The position numbers and the translations under genes were made by a program. From Promethearchaeota archaeon (GTDB lineage: Archaea; Asgardarchaeota; Lokiarchaeia; Sigyniarchaeales; SOKP01), in the NCBI GenBank assembly GCA_048938025.1, contig JBHLMP010000034.1, forward strand, positions 1 to 42,695: 42,695 nucleotides of DNA. The letters are read 5' to 3'. The notes below the pieces were generated by a model. It had not been told where the DNA came from, made no database searches, and was given only the letters and a program-made list of their open reading frames with translations. This document shows, one piece after another, positions 38,185-42,695 of the stretch (the stretch's first letter is position 1; each line of letters starts with the position of its first letter).

Positions 38185-38697
38185 ATGAGTAGCAAAATTT
38201 TCAAAATAGATGAAGTTGATCGAAATATAATTCAATTGGTCCAAAATGAACCTACACTTACTCATACTGAAATTGCGAAAAAAGTTAACAGAAGCCAGCC
38301 AACTGTAGGCATGAGAATAAAGAAACTAGAATCTTTGGGAGTATTAAAATTCCAAGCAGGTATAAATATAAAAACAATGGATTTGTGTCTTGGGCGTGTT
38401 GAGATTCAAACATTACAACCAAGAGAAATATTAGATCTGGTAAAAAAATGTCCGTACATGCTAAATGCCTTCAGATTAAGTGGAACATCAAATATTAGTA
38501 TTTTACTCGTCGGACCAAAATTTGAATATCTTGATAATATTGTAAATTATCATTTTAGAAAAAATCCTAATGTTACAAATGTGTATTTAGATATCATAAC
38601 TGATGTTGAAAATGATTTTGTATTACCTTTTGATTTTGATTGTGATAAATGTGGAGCACAGCCCAATGGGCAATGTTGTGGTAACTGTGTACAATAA
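38185..38697 (+). CDS. Lrp/AsnC-family regulator with a Cys-rich C-terminal tail
   Basis: HTH region IDEVDRNII, EIAKKVNRSQPTVGMRIKKLE. Tail CDKC...QCCGNC. ATG at 38185 is preferred over TTG at 38173. Confidence 0.88.
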   Translation: MSSKIFKIDEVDRNIIQLVQNEPTLTHTEIAKKVNRSQPTVGMRIKKLESLGVLKFQAGINIKTMDLCLGRVEIQTLQPREILDLVKKCPYMLNAFRLSGTSNISILLVGPKFEYLDNIVNYHFRKNPNVTNVYLDIITDVENDFVLPFDFDCDKCGAQPNGQCCGNCVQ

Positions 38698-38849
38698 CTT
38701 CTCTCATTCTATTAGGATTGATATCTTTATATACTAAAAGCAATATTAGATCGAGATAGATTTTTCTATCCTAATCATAAGATTTTAGATAAATAGATAA
38801 CTAATTTAATAAGGTTTAAATTAGAAAAGATAATAAAAATATATTCACC

Positions 38850-38922
38850 GCCAGCGTATCCGAGTAGTTAAGGAGGCGGCCTGCAGAGCCGTTATTCGAG
38901 GGTGCAAATCCCTCCGCTGGCT
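38850..38922 (+). tRNA. tRNA-Cys (GCA), no intron, CCA not encoded
   Basis: Acceptor stem GCCAGCG/CGCTGGC with discriminator T. D stem TCC/GGA. Anticodon stem GCGGC/GCCGT with loop CTGCAGA. T stem GAGGG/CCCTC with loop TGCAAAT. Followed by a T-run. Confidence 0.92.
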
Positions 38923-39068
38923 CTTTTTTATAGATAAGTTTAAAGATTTTATATTAATTGGACTTTCTAAAATATCTATATATTGAATCTATAACAAAAT
39001 TATTAAAATTTTATCTTATAACTATAACTACTCAAATAAAATTTATCGATATAAAAAATGATGAAATT

Positions 39069-40190
39069 ATGATTAATCCATTTTATGAAAAATTAGCGAA
39101 ATTAGTGGTAAATTATTCTATTAAAGTTAAAAAGGGAGATAGGATTGTAATAGAAGGTCCAACATTAGCAGAGGAACTCTTTCTGGCTTTATATTTTGAA
39201 ATCATAAAAGCTGGGGGCCATCCACTTTTATTTCCAGAGATTAAAGGAACTAAGGAATTATTTTATAAATATGCTTCAGAAGAACAATTATTATATTTAG
39301 ATAATGTCATAAAAGTAATGTTTAAGGAAGTTGATTGTCATATTGGAATTTTCGGAGATTATAACACTCACAAATTAAGTCTAATCGATCCCAAAATAAT
39401 TGCTAAACATAAAGGCTCACCAAAACAAAGAGAATTAAAGGAAATATTTTTTAGCAGGTGGGTTAAAGGAGATGTAAGATGGGTTGTTATTCCCTTCCCT
39501 TGTCAATCTTTTGCCCAAGAAGCCAATATGGATTTATTTTCTTATACTGAGTTTGTGAAAAAAGCGATTTTTTTAGATAAAGAAGACCCGGTTCAAGAAT
39601 GGTCAAATATGGAAAAAAATCAAGAAATTATCGTTGAATATTTAAATAAAGTTGATAAAATACAAGTAATTGGAAAAGATACTGATTTAATTCTTTCTGT
39701 CAAAGGAAGAAAATGGTTAAACTGTTGTGGGCAAGCTAATTTACCTGATGGTGAAGTATTTACGGGTCCCATCGAAGATTCTGTTAATGGCCACATTAGA
39801 TTTACATATCCGGGGATATATTTAGATAGAGAGATTGAAAACATATTTTTAGAATTTAAAGAAGGTAAAGTAGTCAATTATTCAGCTGATAAAGGTGAAG
39901 ATCTACTTAAAGAGATATTAAAAATAGAAAATGCTGATCGGTTAGGAGAATTTGCAATTGGAACAAATTTTGGAATCACAAAATTCACAAAACATATGTT
40001 ATTTGATGAAAAAATTGGAGGTACTCTACACTGTGCTCTTGGATTAGGATTTGGACAAACCGGGTCTACTAACGAAAGTGCTATACATTGGGATATTTTA
40101 AAAGATATGAAATTACCAGGTTCAAAACTTATCGCTGATGGCAAAGTAATTTATGAGGAAGGGAGCTGGTTAATTCCAACTAAAATTTAA
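39069..40190 (+). CDS. Aminopeptidase, M29 (AmpS/AmpT) family
   Basis: Motifs EKLAKLVVNYS, NLPDGEVFTGP, GEFAIG, LFDEKIGGTLHCALG and SAIHWD. ATG at 39069 is preferred over the track start at 38958. Confidence 0.92.
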   Translation: MINPFYEKLAKLVVNYSIKVKKGDRIVIEGPTLAEELFLALYFEIIKAGGHPLLFPEIKGTKELFYKYASEEQLLYLDNVIKVMFKEVDCHIGIFGDYNTHKLSLIDPKIIAKHKGSPKQRELKEIFFSRWVKGDVRWVVIPFPCQSFAQEANMDLFSYTEFVKKAIFLDKEDPVQEWSNMEKNQEIIVEYLNKVDKIQVIGKDTDLILSVKGRKWLNCCGQANLPDGEVFTGPIEDSVNGHIRFTYPGIYLDREIENIFLEFKEGKVVNYSADKGEDLLKEILKIENADRLGEFAIGTNFGITKFTKHMLFDEKIGGTLHCALGLGFGQTGSTNESAIHWDILKDMKLPGSKLIADGKVIYEEGSWLIPTKI

Positions 40191-40220
40191 AATTCTATTA
40201 AGAAATTTATTAAATCTTTT

Positions 40221-40793
40221 TTAAATGTATTTTCTAACGATATAGAATTCTTTAAACTCTTTATATATTGAAAATCCCTCTGAATCAAACAATGAGAGGG
40301 GACCATGATATTGATGGGCGTCAGATAACTTATCCCCTTTACGAGGATATGCCTCGATGCAGTCGTAATCTTTATCTTTAAAATCAGAACATACATATTG
40401 AAGCAATTTTCCTGCTATTCCTTGTCTTCTATAGTCATAAGCGATTATAAAACAAACAACTGCCCCTAATTTTCCATCAAAATGAATATCTAATTCCTTA
40501 TTTTGTAATAACATAGGTAGATTATCTTTTAAATCAGCTTTACACCATCCAACTGGATGATTTTTCAAGTAGGCCAAATATCCATTCATTTTTCCTGAAA
40601 GAATCAATTGTTTTGAGGCATTTCTATTCTCTTCACCAGTTCTTCTACTCCATTCTTTAATCGTGCCATTAAAATGATGAAAATGGCAATAACAAACACT
40701 CCAATCGGGATTATCTGTAAATGCTACGTTATCAAAAAAATATAAGAAATCGTCAATGAGTTCTGGTTCTAATGACTTAATTTTAATTTCCAT
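40221..40793 (-). CDS. GNAT family N-acetyltransferase
   Basis: Motifs CYC, PVGWC, VCF...DYRRQGIA, IEAYP and YHGP. Confidence 0.85.
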   Translation of the reverse strand: MEIKIKSLEPELIDDFLYFFDNVAFTDNPDWSVCYCHFHHFNGTIKEWSRRTGEENRNASKQLILSGKMNGYLAYLKNHPVGWCKADLKDNLPMLLQNKELDIHFDGKLGAVVCFIIAYDYRRQGIAGKLLQYVCSDFKDKDYDCIEAYPRKGDKLSDAHQYHGPLSLFDSEGFSIYKEFKEFYIVRKYI

Positions 40794-40943
40794 AACTAAA
40801 TTTATTGCTTATAAATATTTTAATGTATATATTTAGTTTGTATAATCTTCAATTCATTAGTTTTAAAAAAATATCAATAACAAATATTAATATTATTAAA
40901 CATTCTCCTTTCTTAATAGATTTTATTTACTAATTATTTTAAT

Positions 40944-42383
40944 ATGAAAGTTTACAATAGTCTAACGTTTAAAAAAGAAGAATTTAAAACAATAACACCC
41001 CAAGAGGTCAAAATGTATGTTTGCGGAATCACCGCTTATGATTCAGCGCATTTAGGGCATTTAAAATCAGCTATCTCATTTGATGTAATCCATAGATACC
41101 TAAAATTTAAAGACTTTAAGGTAAATATAGTTAAGAATTTCACTGACATTGATGATAAAATAATAAATCGATCAAATGAGTTGGGTATTGATTTTAAAGA
41201 ATTAAGTGAGAAATATATAGAAGAATATGAAAAATTTATGGAGATAATGAATGTCGAAAAAGAGACAAGAAATCCACGAGCTACTGAAGTTATACCCTTT
41301 ATTATTAATTTTATTAAAGAACTAATTAAAAAAGGTCATGCATATGAGAGAAATGGTTCTGTTTATTTTTCTGTTAGATCTTTTCCAAAATATAAAACAA
41401 TCTTTCAAAACATAAAACCAGAAGATTTAGAAGATGAGGAGGAAGATTATCTCGAAGATCAAGATACAATTGGAGAAGATAAAATCGATCCTCGAGATTT
41501 TGCCTTATGGAAAAAGATGAAGGAAGGAGAGCCTTATTGGGAAAGCCCTTGGGGCAAAGGGAGACCTGGGTGGCATATAGAGTGTTCAGCAATGGTGCTA
41601 CAATACTTAGGAGATACAATTGACATCCATGGGGGAGGACAAGACTTAAAGTTTCCCCATCATAGAAATGAAATTGCTCAATCAGAATCATATACAGGGA
41701 AACCCTTTGCGAACTATTTTATTCATAATGGATTTGTGAATGTTGATAATGAAAAAATGTCAAAAAGCATTGGAAATTTCTTTTTAGTCTCAGATTTATT
41801 AAAGCAATATGATCCAATGGTTCTCCGATTTTTTTTGATTTCAAGTCATTATCGAAGCTCAATAAATTATTCACTTGAAAATTTAAAACAAGCAGAGAAA
41901 AATTATAATAAATTAATAAACATAATTAAAAAAATAAACGATTTAACTACTGCTAGCAAGAGCTCTAAAGAATTAAAGAAATTAATTTCTCAAATTGATA
42001 AAGCAGAATCGAACATTATAAGGGCTATGGATGATGATTTTGATACACCAGTAGCGATCGCAGAAATTATGTCGTTAATTAGAGAACTCAATAAAGCTAT
42101 TTTAGAGCAAAAAGTAGAAATTACAGAGGAATTTAAAGATCGATTTTTTAAATTTATTGAAAATATAGATTTAATTTTTGGATTTTTCCCAACTTTAAAG
42201 AAAGAACTTAAATCAGGTGTAATGGGTACTACTGATGAGAAGGATAAATTAGTTAAGGATTTAATCGAGATAATATCTGACATTAGGACTCAATTAAGAA
42301 AGAGAAATATTTATGATCTAAGTGATAAAATTCGAGAAAAACTTAGAGAACTCGGGATAAATATTGAAGATCCAAAAATCTAA
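40944..42383 (+). CDS. cysS: Cysteine--tRNA ligase (class I)
   Basis: Motifs [15 protein letters not shown] (HIGH), [41 protein letters not shown] and MDDDFDTP. Confidence 0.97.
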   Translation: MKVYNSLTFKKEEFKTITPQEVKMYVCGITAYDSAHLGHLKSAISFDVIHRYLKFKDFKVNIVKNFTDIDDKIINRSNELGIDFKELSEKYIEEYEKFMEIMNVEKETRNPRATEVIPFIINFIKELIKKGHAYERNGSVYFSVRSFPKYKTIFQNIKPEDLEDEEEDYLEDQDTIGEDKIDPRDFALWKKMKEGEPYWESPWGKGRPGWHIECSAMVLQYLGDTIDIHGGGQDLKFPHHRNEIAQSESYTGKPFANYFIHNGFVNVDNEKMSKSIGNFFLVSDLLKQYDPMVLRFFLISSHYRSSINYSLENLKQAEKNYNKLINIIKKINDLTTASKSSKELKKLISQIDKAESNIIRAMDDDFDTPVAIAEIMSLIRELNKAILEQKVEITEEFKDRFFKFIENIDLIFGFFPTLKKELKSGVMGTTDEKDKLVKDLIEIISDIRTQLRKRNIYDLSDKIREKLRELGINIEDPKI

Positions 42384-42398
42384 TAATCAATTTCAAAA

Positions 42399-42692
42399 TT
42401 ATCTTTCTGTATATCCAACAAAACCAGCAATTAATACTAAAATTCCTCCTATTGTACTAATATAGATAATCATTACTACTCCCAAAACTACATAGATAAT
42501 CCAATTCATGGGAATTGGTCTATTAGGGCTAATAACGCTCAATAAAATTATCACTGCTAGAATAATTCCTATTATCAAGGTAATTACTTTAATATTTTCC
42601 AATCTTTTATCTCCAAAACCCAAAATAGCCTCAATTAAAGTTATTACACCGCCAAGTCCAGCTAAAAGTCTCATTAATTCCTCATTTCTCAT
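42399..42692 (-). CDS. Small membrane protein with 3-4 TM helices
   Basis: 97 aa, almost entirely hydrophobic, ending in GGILVLIAG. Confidence 0.7.
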   Translation of the reverse strand: MRNEELMRLLAGLGGVITLIEAILGFGDKRLENIKVITLIIGIILAVIILLSVISPNRPIPMNWIIYVVLGVVMIIYISTIGGILVLIAGFVGYTER

Positions 42693-42695
42693 TAT

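Noticed and set aside
1264-42283. Short ORFs overlapping real genes (e.g. 1264-1599, 4663-4884, 11456-12148, 16464-16694, 17402-17608, 18273-18515, 19330-19589, 20166-20704, 29367-29651, 35462-35677, 38032-38265, 39620-40396, 41374-42283)
   Set aside because: They are antisense or out-of-frame shadows of well-supported genes, with no motifs of their own.
1-42695. CRISPR arrays, transposases, integrases, rRNA, or a tRNA-anchored island
   Set aside because: I saw no regularly spaced repeats, no recombinase or transposase motifs, no rRNA-like GC-rich tract, and no duplicate of the tRNA-Cys 3' end. This was by eye only.

Overview
This very AT-rich archaeal window is most likely from an Asgard archaeon (Lokiarchaeia-like). 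That call is inferred from two Rag/Arf-like small GTPases, a longin/uDENN-type domain, Fae, Hdr genes, GGTGA/GGAGG Shine-Dalgarno (SD) motifs and TTTAAA-type TATA boxes. From left to right it contains: (1) a 5'-truncated conserved hypothetical gene followed by a DapA-family aldolase fused to formaldehyde-activating enzyme (Fae); (2) redox housekeeping genes (Bcp, nitroreductase, YyaL-type thioredoxin-domain protein); (3) an extended small GTPase; (4) two convergent heterodisulfide-reductase modules (hdrD plus a giant hdrL-mvhD fusion on +, and hdrCBA-flxDCBA on -); (5) an accessory stretch with GNAT proteins, a 7TM protein, a TPR protein, duplicated 88-aa genes with a shared palindromic upstream motif, a decayed kinase remnant and a TAG-interrupted gene; (6) a cytoplasmic multi-PAS histidine kinase, a PEBP protein and a class V aminotransferase; (7) a co-oriented run of ArsR, Rag-like GTPase, MASE3/PAS histidine kinase and receiver-longin fusion; (8) Lrp, tRNA-Cys(GCA), an M29 aminopeptidase, a GNAT protein and cysS. 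There are two best candidates for undescribed biology. The first is a two-component system whose response regulator outputs through a FLCN/NPRL2/SMCR8-like longin domain with a candidate arginine finger, encoded beside a Rag-like GTPase. The second is the aldolase-Fae fusion, whose active-site substitutions suggest pyruvate + formaldehyde <-> 4-hydroxy-2-oxobutanoate chemistry. All calls come from motif recognition by eye; no database searches were run.
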